Program-made: the position numbers and the translations under genes
The notes under the pieces: generated by a model
What the model saw: the letters and a program-made list of their open reading frames with translations, nothing else
What the model was told of the DNA's origin: nothing
The model's database searches: none
In this document: positions 39,614 through 49,505 of the stretch, piece by piece
How the letters are laid out: each line of letters begins with the position of its first letter
Numbering within the stretch: the first letter of the stretch is position 1
IMG/VR virus record: IMGVR_UViG_3300007513_000009
DNA: 64,000 bases
Origin: a virus
Direction: 5' to 3' (one strand)

Positions 39614-40009
39614 ATGGATATAAAAGAAACAGATTTAACAGATTATATGCCAAAAGAATTGAATCAAAAAAATCACATAGTTGAACAGATGGAAGAAGAA
39701 TGGCCAGAAATGACAAAGGAATTTAAGAAAATACAAAAAGAACAATATGTATTATTTTTACACAAACAACACGATTATGGTCCTGGTAACATTTCCGTAG
39801 GTACACAATTACAAACAGAAGATGAGGTTCATTTATCACTTACTGGATTATGGTTTAGGATGAATGATAAGATACAGAGATTAAAAAATTTGTTAATGAA
39901 TAACCGAGAATCAGCAGTTGAAGGTGAACCAATGGAAGATGCATATTTAGATGTATCGAATTATGGAATTATGGCAACAATTGTCAGTAGAGGAAAGTGG
40001 GGTAAATAA
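39614..40009 (+). CDS. DUF1599 / nucleotide-modification-associated domain 1 protein
   Basis: KQHDYG..N, RMNDKIQRL, ED...D..NYG. Confidence 0.7.
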   Translation: MDIKETDLTDYMPKELNQKNHIVEQMEEEWPEMTKEFKKIQKEQYVLFLHKQHDYGPGNISVGTQLQTEDEVHLSLTGLWFRMNDKIQRLKNLLMNNRESAVEGEPMEDAYLDVSNYGIMATIVSRGKWGK

Positions 40010-40617
40010 TGAATGAAAAATATTGGGGTGAAAAGAAACCACCTAAACCAAAAAGTGCACAACCAAATGGTAGTAAACCAGATAAATTTATATCAGTTCA
40101 TGAGAATAAGATTTATTATTATGCTAATGTAAATAGAGAAAGTGCAGTAGAACTCAATAAAAAGGTAGGTGAGTTAGAATCTAAAAGTTTAACGATGTCA
40201 AAAACTTTAGATGTGGACACACCATCTGTAAAAGTATTGATAAATTCAGGAGGTGGTTCAATTACTGCTGGTATTTCATCTATGGATACTATATTGAGGT
40301 GTAAAGTTCCAGTTGAAACATATGTGGATGGATTTTGTGCGAGTGCTGCCACATTTATTTCTGTGGTGGGTGATGGTCGGTTTATGAGTAGAAATTCTTA
40401 TATGTTGATTCATCAGTTAAGTAGTAATTTTTGGGGAACATATGCTAACTTTGAAGATGAGAAACAGAATCTTGATTTGATGATGAAAACTATAAAAAAT
40501 GTATATAAGAAATATACAAAAGTTCCAATGAAAAAAATTGATGAAATATTGAAACATGATTTAATGTGGGATGCAGAGACTTGTTTGAATTATGGGATGA
40601 TTGACGAGATAGTATGA
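40009..40617 (+). CDS. ClpP-family protease
   Basis: INSGGGS, CASAA (Ser), MLIHQ (His), HDLMW (Asp). Confidence 0.85.
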   Translation: MNEKYWGEKKPPKPKSAQPNGSKPDKFISVHENKIYYYANVNRESAVELNKKVGELESKSLTMSKTLDVDTPSVKVLINSGGGSITAGISSMDTILRCKVPVETYVDGFCASAATFISVVGDGRFMSRNSYMLIHQLSSNFWGTYANFEDEKQNLDLMMKTIKNVYKKYTKVPMKKIDEILKHDLMWDAETCLNYGMIDEIV

Positions 40618-41483
40618 GTTTAAAATCAATATCACATTCACAGTTTACATCCTATAACGAATGTAACCTAAAGTGGAAACTTCGTTATATAGATGAATTG
40701 AGTATAGGTAGTGGTAACATTTACACTATATTTGGTTCTGCTATGCATTCTGTTATACAAAGTTATCTTACTGAATTTTATAATAATACTATAAAAGATG
40801 CTGAAAAATTACCATTGGATTTGATGTTGAAGAATGAGATGATAAAAGAATTCACTAAAATTAGAGAAGAGCATAATGTTGATGTTTGTAGTCAAGATGA
40901 TATGGTGGAGTTTTATCAAGATGGGGTTGAGATAATTAAAGATTTTAAGAAGCATAGAGCCAAATATTTTATGAAAAATAATTATGAATTAGTTGGTATA
41001 GAACTTCCTATATTTACAAAGTTGCAGCCTGGAGTAGAGTTTAGAAGTTTTCTTGATGTGGTGATAAAGAATAAGATTAATGATAATATAAAGATTATAG
41101 ATTTAAAAACTGCTACTCGTGGTTGGGTGCATTATCAGAAGAAGAATTTTTATAAGACATCACAATTAATTCTATATAAACAATTTTATTCAGATAAATT
41201 TGATGTTCCATTAGATAAGATAAATGTGGAGTTTTTAATTCTTAAAAGAAAGATACCGAAAGATCCTGATTGGCCTGTTAGTAGGATGCAGAGATTTGAA
41301 CCTTCACATGGAAGTGTTACTCTTAATAAAGTTAATAAGGCATTTCATGAATTTCGTGAATTGATATTTGATTCAAAGGGAAATTATAGAATAGATAGAA
41401 ATTATCCAGCAAAACCAGGTAGTGCTTGTAAATTTTGTGAGTTCTATGATACGGAGCATTGTGAATGGGGAAAGATACTTTAA
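40614..41483 (+). CDS. PD-(D/E)XK exonuclease (Cas4/AddB-like, Fe-S)
   Basis: ISHSQ...C, FGSAMH, LDVV...IIDLKT, QL..Y, CKFC....C. Confidence 0.85.
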   Translation: MSLKSISHSQFTSYNECNLKWKLRYIDELSIGSGNIYTIFGSAMHSVIQSYLTEFYNNTIKDAEKLPLDLMLKNEMIKEFTKIREEHNVDVCSQDDMVEFYQDGVEIIKDFKKHRAKYFMKNNYELVGIELPIFTKLQPGVEFRSFLDVVIKNKINDNIKIIDLKTATRGWVHYQKKNFYKTSQLILYKQFYSDKFDVPLDKINVEFLILKRKIPKDPDWPVSRMQRFEPSHGSVTLNKVNKAFHEFRELIFDSKGNYRIDRNYPAKPGSACKFCEFYDTEHCEWGKIL

Positions 41484-41881
41484 AAGTAGGAATAGTAGGT
41501 AGTCGTAAATACGAAAACCGACAGAAGATTAAAGAGTTTATATTTAAACTGAAGAATGATAAGGGCACTGATACAGTAATTGTAAGTGGTGGGTGTCCAC
41601 AAGGTGCCGATTTTTATGCTAAGAAATATGCTTTAGAGTTGGGTTTACAATATGAAGAATATCCACCAGCACACACATCACATAATCTATATTGTCCATT
41701 ACATGAAAGAAATTATGGAAAACCATATAGTGTAAGGAATTTCTTTGCCCGTAATAAACAGATTGCAATTCATTCAGAGTATGTTGTGGCATTTATTCCA
41801 AGAGGAGTTAAATCGAATGGTTCGATGTCTACTATAAATTATGCTAAAAAATTTGGTAAAAAAACTCTTATTATTGAATAA
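41465..41881 (+). CDS. SLOG-family (DUF2493/YspA-like) protein
   Basis: IVGSR, IVSGGCPQGAD, RNKQI, SNGSMSTI. Confidence 0.75.
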   Translation: MGKDTLKVGIVGSRKYENRQKIKEFIFKLKNDKGTDTVIVSGGCPQGADFYAKKYALELGLQYEEYPPAHTSHNLYCPLHERNYGKPYSVRNFFARNKQIAIHSEYVVAFIPRGVKSNGSMSTINYAKKFGKKTLIIE

Positions 41882-41919
41882 TATATATATATTTATATAT
41901 ACATAATGGGAGTTATATA

Positions 41920-42120
41920 ATGGAAGATACGAAAGTAAAACTTACATCCGTGAAGGTTATAGAAAGTCTATATAGAGATTTTAAAACAAAGACTGTTAAT
42001 TCTACAATGAATTTACAAAAATTGGTAAATAGATCAATGCATATGTATCTAAGAGAAAATATTATAAAAGAAAATTTTGAAACTTATGATGCATTATATA
42101 TAAGTGGGAGTAGATTCTAA
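41920..42120 (+). CDS. Small ribbon-helix-helix-like protein
   Basis: LTSVKV strand followed by two helices; GGAG RBS. Confidence 0.55.
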   Translation: MEDTKVKLTSVKVIESLYRDFKTKTVNSTMNLQKLVNRSMHMYLRENIIKENFETYDALYISGSRF

Positions 42121-42266
42121 TGAGGGCTACAGGAATGGGAACTAGATCTGATGATAGAATTTTGAAAGAAATACGAGATATATTAAAACGGATGGAAGAG
42201 CGGCTAAACGCTATTGAAAAGAATTTTAAAAAAGAAAAATCAAAAAAACAGTTATTGAATGATTAG
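42120..42266 (+). CDS. 48 aa coiled-coil protein, not in the ORF track
   Basis: MRATGMGTRSDDRILKEIRDILKRMEERL...KKQLLND; TAATG coupling. Confidence 0.5.
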   Translation: MRATGMGTRSDDRILKEIRDILKRMEERLNAIEKNFKKEKSKKQLLND

Positions 42267-42282
42267 AGTTAAGTGAGGTTAT

Positions 42283-43644
42283 ATGTCTAAAAAGAAGATT
42301 TTGTTGATGTCGGATGATTTAAGAATGCATAGTGGTATAGCTACTGTATCTAAAGATATTGTAGTTGAAACTTTACATAAATATGATTGGGTTCAATTGG
42401 CTGGTGCTATAAAACATCCTGAAGAAGGTAAGGTGGTGAATATGGATGCGGCAATAGCAGACATATCAGGGGTAAATGATGCAAAATTGACAATTTATCC
42501 AACAAGTGGATATGGTAATCCAGAAGTAGTAAGAGAAATATTAGTTAGAGAAAAACCAGATGCAATACTACACTATACTGATCCAAGATTTTGGATTTGG
42601 TTTTATGAGATGGAAGCGGAAATTCGTAGAGAGATTCCAATTTTTTATTATAACATTTGGGATGATTTACCAGATCCACAATACAATACAAATTATTATA
42701 GAAGTTCTAATTTGTTAATGGCAATATCAAAACAGACTTATGGTATAAATAAACGATTGTTACCAGATTATGAAGATTGGCAAGTAACTTATGTTCCACA
42801 TGGTATTTCATCTCGTAGGTTTTATAAAATTGATGATGCTGATAATGAACTTTTGGAATTTAATGATAAATTTGGAATATCGGATAAAAAATTTAGAGTA
42901 TTATATAGTAATAGAAATATTAGAAGAAAACAACCAGGCGATGTTATGTTGGCATATAAATACTTTATGGATGAGTTAACTCCTGAACAACGAGATGAAT
43001 GTGTATTGATATACCATTGTGCTCCAGTAGATGATAATGGAACTGATTTGCCAAGGATGTGTAGACATTTGATGCCAGATTATGATGTATGTTACACACA
43101 TCATATGGGCGGAACATTTGAAGATAAAGAAATGAATTTATTATTTAATTCATCTGATGTCTATATTAACCTTGCTAGTAATGAGGGTTTTGGTTTAGGT
43201 AGTGCTGAAGCACTTACAGTTGAGACACCCATTATTGTAAATGTTACAGGTGGTTTACAAGATCAATGTGGATTTAGAAATGAAGATGGGGAACTGTTGA
43301 TACCAGATGATTATGTTGAGTTGGGTAGTAACCATAGGGGTAAATACAAAAATCACGGTGAATGGGTAAAACCTGTTTATCCAGCGAGTCGTTCATTACA
43401 AGGTTCTCCACCCACACCATATATTTGGGATGATAGATGTAATCCAGAAGATGCTGCACCATTACTTCGTGAGTTCTATGATATGGGTAGAGAAGAAAGA
43501 AAAAGACTTGGTTCATTGGGAGCTCAGTTCTGTAAAGACAATCAAATGACATCTGAAGAAATGGGTGCCAACTTTATTAAGTCTATGGATGGGGCATTTA
43601 AAAATTGGAAACCAGCAAAAAGATATACGGTGGAGAAGATATGA
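42283..43644 (+). CDS. Glycosyltransferase, GT-B (GT4-like)
   Basis: NRNIRRKQ, NEGFGLGSAEA (ExFGxxxxEA). Confidence 0.85.
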   Translation: MSKKKILLMSDDLRMHSGIATVSKDIVVETLHKYDWVQLAGAIKHPEEGKVVNMDAAIADISGVNDAKLTIYPTSGYGNPEVVREILVREKPDAILHYTDPRFWIWFYEMEAEIRREIPIFYYNIWDDLPDPQYNTNYYRSSNLLMAISKQTYGINKRLLPDYEDWQVTYVPHGISSRRFYKIDDADNELLEFNDKFGISDKKFRVLYSNRNIRRKQPGDVMLAYKYFMDELTPEQRDECVLIYHCAPVDDNGTDLPRMCRHLMPDYDVCYTHHMGGTFEDKEMNLLFNSSDVYINLASNEGFGLGSAEALTVETPIIVNVTGGLQDQCGFRNEDGELLIPDDYVELGSNHRGKYKNHGEWVKPVYPASRSLQGSPPTPYIWDDRCNPEDAAPLLREFYDMGREERKRLGSLGAQFCKDNQMTSEEMGANFIKSMDGAFKNWKPAKRYTVEKI

Positions 43645-44996
43645 AAACTAAAGTAGTTATGACAGCACCTTTTAATACTCGTAGTGGATATGGAGATCAT
43701 GCTAGGTCTATTTTTTATTCGATTATGGATAGGGATGATATTGATATAACATGTGTTGATACTAAGTGGGGAGAAACTCCAAGAAATCATTTAAATCTTA
43801 AAGTACCAAGGCATAAAAAATTGTTAGATGTTTTAACTGTAGATACCAATTTAGATTTTCAACCAGATGTTTATATTGATATTCGAATTCCAAATGAATT
43901 TGCTCAAGTAGGAAAATATAATTTAGGAATTACTGCTGGGGTTGAAACTGATATAGTTTCTCCTGAATTTATAGAAGGTGCTAATAAAATGAATCTGAAT
44001 ATAGTACCATCAGAGTTTACTCAAAAAACATTTCTTAATACAGTTTATGATAAGTCGGAAGGGGCGGGTGATGAAAAGAAAAAAGTTGGAGAACATAGAT
44101 TACAGAAGCCAGTATTAGTTTTATCTGAGGGAATTGATGTTGATGTATATAAACCATTTGATACTACTAAAATAAAATCTAATTTTAAAGATGAAATGGA
44201 AGAAATCTTGAAAGATGAATCCATTGTTTATCTTCATGTCGGTTTGTGGGGTAAAGGTGCATATGGTGAGGATAGAAAAAATATATCTTTAATGATTAAA
44301 ACTTTTTATGAGGCTTTTGCAAATGATCCTAAAGAACCCACACCGGCTTTATTAATAAAAACTAATGGGTCTAATTTTTCAGTTTTAGATAGATATAGTA
44401 CTGTTAAGAGAATAAAAGAAATAAAAAAGAAGTTTGGGGGTATTGATAAATTACCTAATGTTTATTTATTACATGGGGATTTGACAATAGAACAAATGGC
44501 TATTTTATATAATTTACCTAAGATAAAAGCTTTTTTAACTTGTACTCATGGTGAGGGGTTTGGACGACCAATGTTAGAAGCTAGTTGTTGTGATTTACCA
44601 GTTATTGCTTCTAATTGGAGTGGGCATTTAGACTTTCTTAATTCTTCCGAATCATTATTAATTCAAGGAAAATTAAAGAAAGTTCCAGAAGCAATGGTTT
44701 GGAAACCAATAATTGAAGCACAGTCTAAATGGTATGATGTTGGTGAGGGCGATGTTAAAAGAAAATTGCGGTTGTTTTATAATAATGTTAAAGGAATTAC
44801 TGGTAGGGCAAAATCTCTTGGTAAGAAAAATAGAAAAAAGTTTTCTTTAGAAAAAATGGCTTTTGATTTTAATAAAATATTGGATGATATAATAAAAAAT
44901 ATTCCACAACAAGTATCTTTGAAATTACCTAAATTAAAAAAAGTTGGTAGTACAAAATCAAATAGATTAAAATTACCAAAATTGAAAAAACAATGA
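43641..44996 (+). CDS. Glycosyltransferase, GT-B (GT4-like)
   Basis: SGYG, DRKN, GEGFGRPMLEA, SGHLDF; ATGA start at 43641. Confidence 0.85.
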   Translation: MKTKVVMTAPFNTRSGYGDHARSIFYSIMDRDDIDITCVDTKWGETPRNHLNLKVPRHKKLLDVLTVDTNLDFQPDVYIDIRIPNEFAQVGKYNLGITAGVETDIVSPEFIEGANKMNLNIVPSEFTQKTFLNTVYDKSEGAGDEKKKVGEHRLQKPVLVLSEGIDVDVYKPFDTTKIKSNFKDEMEEILKDESIVYLHVGLWGKGAYGEDRKNISLMIKTFYEAFANDPKEPTPALLIKTNGSNFSVLDRYSTVKRIKEIKKKFGGIDKLPNVYLLHGDLTIEQMAILYNLPKIKAFLTCTHGEGFGRPMLEASCCDLPVIASNWSGHLDFLNSSESLLIQGKLKKVPEAMVWKPIIEAQSKWYDVGEGDVKRKLRLFYNNVKGITGRAKSLGKKNRKKFSLEKMAFDFNKILDDIIKNIPQQVSLKLPKLKKVGSTKSNRLKLPKLKKQ

Positions 44997-45394
44997 GCTA
45001 CGAAGATTTAAGATTAAAGGTTAAATGTCCTTGTTGTATTTTAGAGTATGGGGATGTTGAAGAAGAGACATTGATTTTAATAGGAGATGAGAGACAAAGT
45101 ATGCAATGTATGCATTGTGGTTATGCGTCAAGTAGTGAGTATAAAGATAAATTGGCTGATGATGTGGATGTTAAATTTAAAGAGGTATGTAAGAATATTA
45201 ATGGAAGGAATTGGCTTCCTGGAGTTTTTACAAGTGATAATTATTATATAACTCCTGATGTTAAAGAAGGGGAGTTGATATGGTATATATTAACTAAATT
45301 GGAAACAGAGGCAACTAAAGTTGAAATGCCCCATTATAGTGATGCTTTCAATATAGTAAAAACAATGGAAAAAAATCATGTCAACGAGGTATAA
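44993..45394 (+). CDS. Zinc-binding hypothetical protein
   Basis: CPCC...CMHCGY. Confidence 0.6.
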   Translation: MSYEDLRLKVKCPCCILEYGDVEEETLILIGDERQSMQCMHCGYASSSEYKDKLADDVDVKFKEVCKNINGRNWLPGVFTSDNYYITPDVKEGELIWYILTKLETEATKVEMPHYSDAFNIVKTMEKNHVNEV

Positions 45395-45857
45395 TAATCG
45401 AAAGATAATTACAGAACAACAGACATTACCTATTGGTAAGTTATTGCCTGGAATGATAGTCACTTTTAATTACGCTCAACCTGGGGTAACTGATCCCAGA
45501 CCAATTCTTTTATTTTTATATCATAATAAAAAATCAAAAGTTATAGAGGGTTTAAATATAAATTATATTAATCCTGCAAAGATTAAAAAATTCTTTAATT
45601 ATATTGATTTTAAAAAGGGGTCAACTGGTATGGAGAATTTGATAGCATTAAAGGAAGATTATTTTAGGATACAGATATCAACTTCAAAAGATCCAACATT
45701 TTTGACAAGCGAACGATTTTATTCGGATGTCATTAGTGCTGATAATGTATTTAAACAAGCATATCGTAGTTATAAAGTTGATATGTTATCATCTTTAAAA
45801 GTAACCAGTATAATTGAAGATTTGATTCATATACCAGGAGGAGATCCTTCTACCTAA
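45378..45857 (+). CDS. Possible DNA end protector (T4 gp2-like)
   Basis: PG....F.Y...D..P, GLNINY and YRSY pattern recalls gp2. Confidence 0.4.
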   Translation: MSTRYNNRKIITEQQTLPIGKLLPGMIVTFNYAQPGVTDPRPILLFLYHNKKSKVIEGLNINYINPAKIKKFFNYIDFKKGSTGMENLIALKEDYFRIQISTSKDPTFLTSERFYSDVISADNVFKQAYRSYKVDMLSSLKVTSIIEDLIHIPGGDPST

Positions 45858-46478
45858 ATGAAAATTAGTTATTCTATATTGACTCATAATGAAACAGATT
45901 CATTAGAAAAATTATTAAGATTTTTAGTCAAGTGGAAACAACCACAAGACGAGATTGTGATTCTTGATGATTATTCTGATGATGAAAAGACTAAACAGAT
46001 ATTGGATTTCTATGTGTCTACTCACGACATAGTATTTGAACAAAGAAATTTATTGGGTGATTTTGCTGCACAAAAAAATTATTTAAAGTCGATATGTAAT
46101 GGTGACTATAGTTTTAATTTGGATGCTGACGAGGCGATAAGTAGATGGATGATGAAAAATATTCATACAATTATTGAAGATAATCCAACAATCGATTTAT
46201 TTTGGGTGCCAAGAATTAATACAGTAGAGGGTATGACGCCGGAGCATGCCAGGATGTGGAGATATAATGTTAATGAAGAGGGGTGGATAAACTTTCCAGA
46301 TTGGCAGGGAAGAATATTTAAAAATAGACCTAATATTCGTTGGGAGAAAAAGGTTCATGAAATGATAACAGGATACAAAACTTATTCTACTCTTCCAGAA
46401 GATAAACCATTTTGTATATTACATCCAAAAGATGTCGATAAACAAACTGAACAAAATAATTTTTATAGTAGAATTTGA
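45858..46478 (+). CDS. Glycosyltransferase, GT2 family
   Basis: THNE, LDDYSDD, LDADE (DxD), VHE. Confidence 0.85.
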   Translation: MKISYSILTHNETDSLEKLLRFLVKWKQPQDEIVILDDYSDDEKTKQILDFYVSTHDIVFEQRNLLGDFAAQKNYLKSICNGDYSFNLDADEAISRWMMKNIHTIIEDNPTIDLFWVPRINTVEGMTPEHARMWRYNVNEEGWINFPDWQGRIFKNRPNIRWEKKVHEMITGYKTYSTLPEDKPFCILHPKDVDKQTEQNNFYSRI

Positions 46479-46479
46479 T

Positions 46480-47301
46480 ATGCAAGATATGAAAGGTTAT
46501 AGAGAAGAATTTATTGGAGTTTTGAAAGAAACCAATAATCATTATGGTACAGAGGTTATTGATTTAAATTTATTGAATTATAATATAAAATATCATAGAT
46601 GGTTACACCCCTTTCAAGGAGATTGGGAATTAACAGAATTGTTTACGGAAGATAAACTTAATAATCTTTCTAAAATAATAACTCCCAACACTACAGTTAT
46701 CGATATAGGAGCCCAGAGTGGTAATATGTCTGTAGCTTATTCTTTATTTGCTGATAAAGTTATTTCATTTGAATGTAATCCTGCTGCTTATGAGATTTTG
46801 GAAAAAAATGTAGAAGTGAATTCTAATATAGTACCATTTAATTATGCTGTTTCTGATGAAGAAGGTCCATTGGAATTTCATTATTCGGATGATGGGCTTT
46901 GTAATGGTGGATATGCACAAAGAACTGATTTCGGTGTGGGTAATACTGGTCATAGAATTCCAATAGATGTTTGGGCTGTTAAATTGGAAGATTTTTTAGA
47001 GTGGGATAATGATAAAATTTCTTTAATAAAAATAGATACAGAAGGGCATGATAAAGAAATATTGAAAACTATTGGTAATATAGTGGAAGAGCATAGGCCT
47101 GTTATTATAACAGAAATTTATAATGGATTGAGTGAGAATGAAATTAATGATTTAATTAATACGATACATTCTTTAGGTTATAAAGCTTATGATGAAGAAA
47201 TAAATAAGTTAGATATCGATGATTTGGGTAAAGAGATAAAGTCTTTTGGTGATATCAACCCAACTTCGGGTCATAATTTGGTATGTGTTTATGATTCCTA
47301 A
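46480..47301 (+). CDS. FkbM-family methyltransferase
   Basis: IDIGAQSG, FECNP, IKIDTEG; ATG 46480 preferred. Confidence 0.85.
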   Translation: MQDMKGYREEFIGVLKETNNHYGTEVIDLNLLNYNIKYHRWLHPFQGDWELTELFTEDKLNNLSKIITPNTTVIDIGAQSGNMSVAYSLFADKVISFECNPAAYEILEKNVEVNSNIVPFNYAVSDEEGPLEFHYSDDGLCNGGYAQRTDFGVGNTGHRIPIDVWAVKLEDFLEWDNDKISLIKIDTEGHDKEILKTIGNIVEEHRPVIITEIYNGLSENEINDLINTIHSLGYKAYDEEINKLDIDDLGKEIKSFGDINPTSGHNLVCVYDS

Positions 47302-48061
47302 TGTTTTTCAATATGTTTATTTAACACATGATGGTAATAAACATCCAATGTATCAGAGCTTTCATTTGGTGCATTATTTGTGTATTAAATCGGCTATTGA
47401 GGTCAACAATCCAGAAGCAGTAAAATTTTATTGTAATCAGGAACCAAGGGGAGAGTGGTGGAGTGAGATAAGAGATTTGGTTGATGTTATTATGGTTAAA
47501 CCACCAACTGAGATATTTGGTATACCAATAACTGAATTGGCACATATGTCAGATGTTATTAGATTACAGGTTTTGATAGATGAGGGCGGAATTTATACTG
47601 ATATGGATACCATTTGTGTAAAACCTTATACAGATTTATTGAAAAATAATTTTGTTATGGGAGAGCAAGGTGTTGGTGGTATTGAGGGTTTATGTCCTGC
47701 TGTTATTCTATCGGAAAAGAATTCGCAATTTGGAATAAATTGGTTGGGTGGTTTCAAAGATACATTTAGAGGTGGGGCTCCAGGAACAGATGGTTGGTGT
47801 ACTCATTCGGTATATTATCCATTGAGGTTAGCAAAAGAGATACCCAATGATATACACATAGAGCCATACACAAGTTTCTTTTATCCATCTTATCATCAAA
47901 AATCTTTAAGGGATATGTTTGAAAATATTGTTGAATTTTCAGATGCATACTCACATCATCTTTGGGAGACTTGTTCTATGGAATGGTTAGAAAATATAAC
48001 TGTTGATGAAATAAAGAATAATGATACTACATTTAATTTAATTGCGAGAAAATTATTATGA
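47291..48061 (+). CDS. DxD-type glycosyltransferase (GT32-like)
   Basis: MIPN, SDVIRL..L...GGIYTDMD, HHLW. Confidence 0.8.
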   Translation: MIPNVFQYVYLTHDGNKHPMYQSFHLVHYLCIKSAIEVNNPEAVKFYCNQEPRGEWWSEIRDLVDVIMVKPPTEIFGIPITELAHMSDVIRLQVLIDEGGIYTDMDTICVKPYTDLLKNNFVMGEQGVGGIEGLCPAVILSEKNSQFGINWLGGFKDTFRGGAPGTDGWCTHSVYYPLRLAKEIPNDIHIEPYTSFFYPSYHQKSLRDMFENIVEFSDAYSHHLWETCSMEWLENITVDEIKNNDTTFNLIARKLL

Positions 48062-48678
48062 CTGGGGATTATATAATTGAAGTTTTAAAGAAATATGCAA
48101 ATTTTAAGCCAGATATACATGTTGCTTTATCTAAACTTAAAGTGGAAAGATTGTGTGAGATTGGTGTGAGGCGTGGTATAAATTTTAGTAATTTAATTAA
48201 GTGTAAACCTAAATTAGCTGTTGCTGTGGATTGTTGGGAAGAAGTTCCTGGCAAACCAGAATATAATGATCTTGGAGAGTCTCAGCAACAATTAGATGGT
48301 GAGTACAATAGTTTTATGATGGAGTTTGGAGTGTTGCCAAACGTAAGGGTTGTCAGAGAATTTTCAATAGAGGCTGCTAAAATGTTTCCTGATGGGTATT
48401 TTGATTTTGTTTATATTGATGCTGCACATACATATGAAGAGGTTTTATTAGATTGTAAAGCGTGGTATCCAAAGATTAAGAAGAATGGAATTTTGGCTGG
48501 GCATGATTATTTTCCAGATGAGAGAATTTGGAGAGGGCTTCCATGTGGGGTTTATCAAGCAGTTAACGAGTTCGTGAAGGAAAAGAGAATGAAAGTAGAC
48601 CACATAACAGATGTCAATCGTGAGGGTGGTCCAGGAGTTGCTTGTACAAGTTTCTTTTGTGTAAAAAGTAATGGATAA
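48058..48678 (+). CDS. Class I SAM methyltransferase (Methyltransf_24-like)
   Basis: EIGV..G, DFVYIDAAHTY, GILAGHDY. Confidence 0.85.
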   Translation: MTGDYIIEVLKKYANFKPDIHVALSKLKVERLCEIGVRRGINFSNLIKCKPKLAVAVDCWEEVPGKPEYNDLGESQQQLDGEYNSFMMEFGVLPNVRVVREFSIEAAKMFPDGYFDFVYIDAAHTYEEVLLDCKAWYPKIKKNGILAGHDYFPDERIWRGLPCGVYQAVNEFVKEKRMKVDHITDVNREGGPGVACTSFFCVKSNG

Positions 48679-49504
48679 AAATCAACAATTATTAAGTAAG
48701 GTTACGGTTACTAATTCGAAGAGTTTAATTTCAATAACAAATTGTCTCAGAGAATATGGAATTTGCATTTTACCAAATTATATTTCAGATGAAATTTGTG
48801 ATTCTGTTAGAAATTCCTGTATGACGAGGGCTGAAGTTGGTGATGATTTGGATTTTGAGGATGGTTCTTATAGAAGATATGATGGTCCCAAAACAACTAA
48901 ACCATTACAAGATAAAAGAGTATATCATATAGATTGTTTTAATGAAGATATGTTAAAATTTAAGGATGATAGTTTCTTAAAAATGATATGTAAAAGATAT
49001 TATGGAGATGTAAATGATTATTCAGTTCATGTACAAATGTATGATAGGCAACAATTTAATAATTTTCCCACAAGAGGACTTCATATCGATTCATTTCAAA
49101 CTTCAACATTTAAGGCTATGTTGTATTTGAATGATGTTGAGGAAAAAGATGGTCCTACTTCTTATATAATTAAAACTCATAAAGATTATGAATTAAGAAG
49201 ATTAAAAAAAGATGTTTGGGGGCCTGGATATGAATTTGAAGATACTGAACATAAAGAAAAACATCCAACTAATTTTAGTAAATCGGAGCTTGGGGAGGAT
49301 AGATTGAATAATTATGTGAAAGTGATTGCTAAAAAAGGTTCATTAATACTTTTTGATACTTGGGGAGTTCATTGTGGGACTGAGGTTAAAGTTGATGGTG
49401 ATAGGCATATAGTGGTTAACTATTATAACGAAGGGAAAAATTTAAAAAGATCTAATTTTGGATATGATTCAGTACAAGATTTAAAAAATAGTGGGAATAT
49501 TTAA
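48671..49504 (+). CDS. Fe(II)/2-oxoglutarate dioxygenase, PhyH-like
   Basis: HID (HxD), YLNDV..DGP, GSLILFD...H.G....R. Confidence 0.8.
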   Translation: MDKNQQLLSKVTVTNSKSLISITNCLREYGICILPNYISDEICDSVRNSCMTRAEVGDDLDFEDGSYRRYDGPKTTKPLQDKRVYHIDCFNEDMLKFKDDSFLKMICKRYYGDVNDYSVHVQMYDRQQFNNFPTRGLHIDSFQTSTFKAMLYLNDVEEKDGPTSYIIKTHKDYELRRLKKDVWGPGYEFEDTEHKEKHPTNFSKSELGEDRLNNYVKVIAKKGSLILFDTWGVHCGTEVKVDGDRHIVVNYYNEGKNLKRSNFGYDSVQDLKNSGNI

Positions 49505-49505
49505 T

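Noticed and set aside
40614-41483. CRISPR-Cas system suggested by the Cas4-like nuclease
   Set aside because: No repeat-spacer array or other cas genes seen; stand-alone Cas4-like nucleases are common in phages
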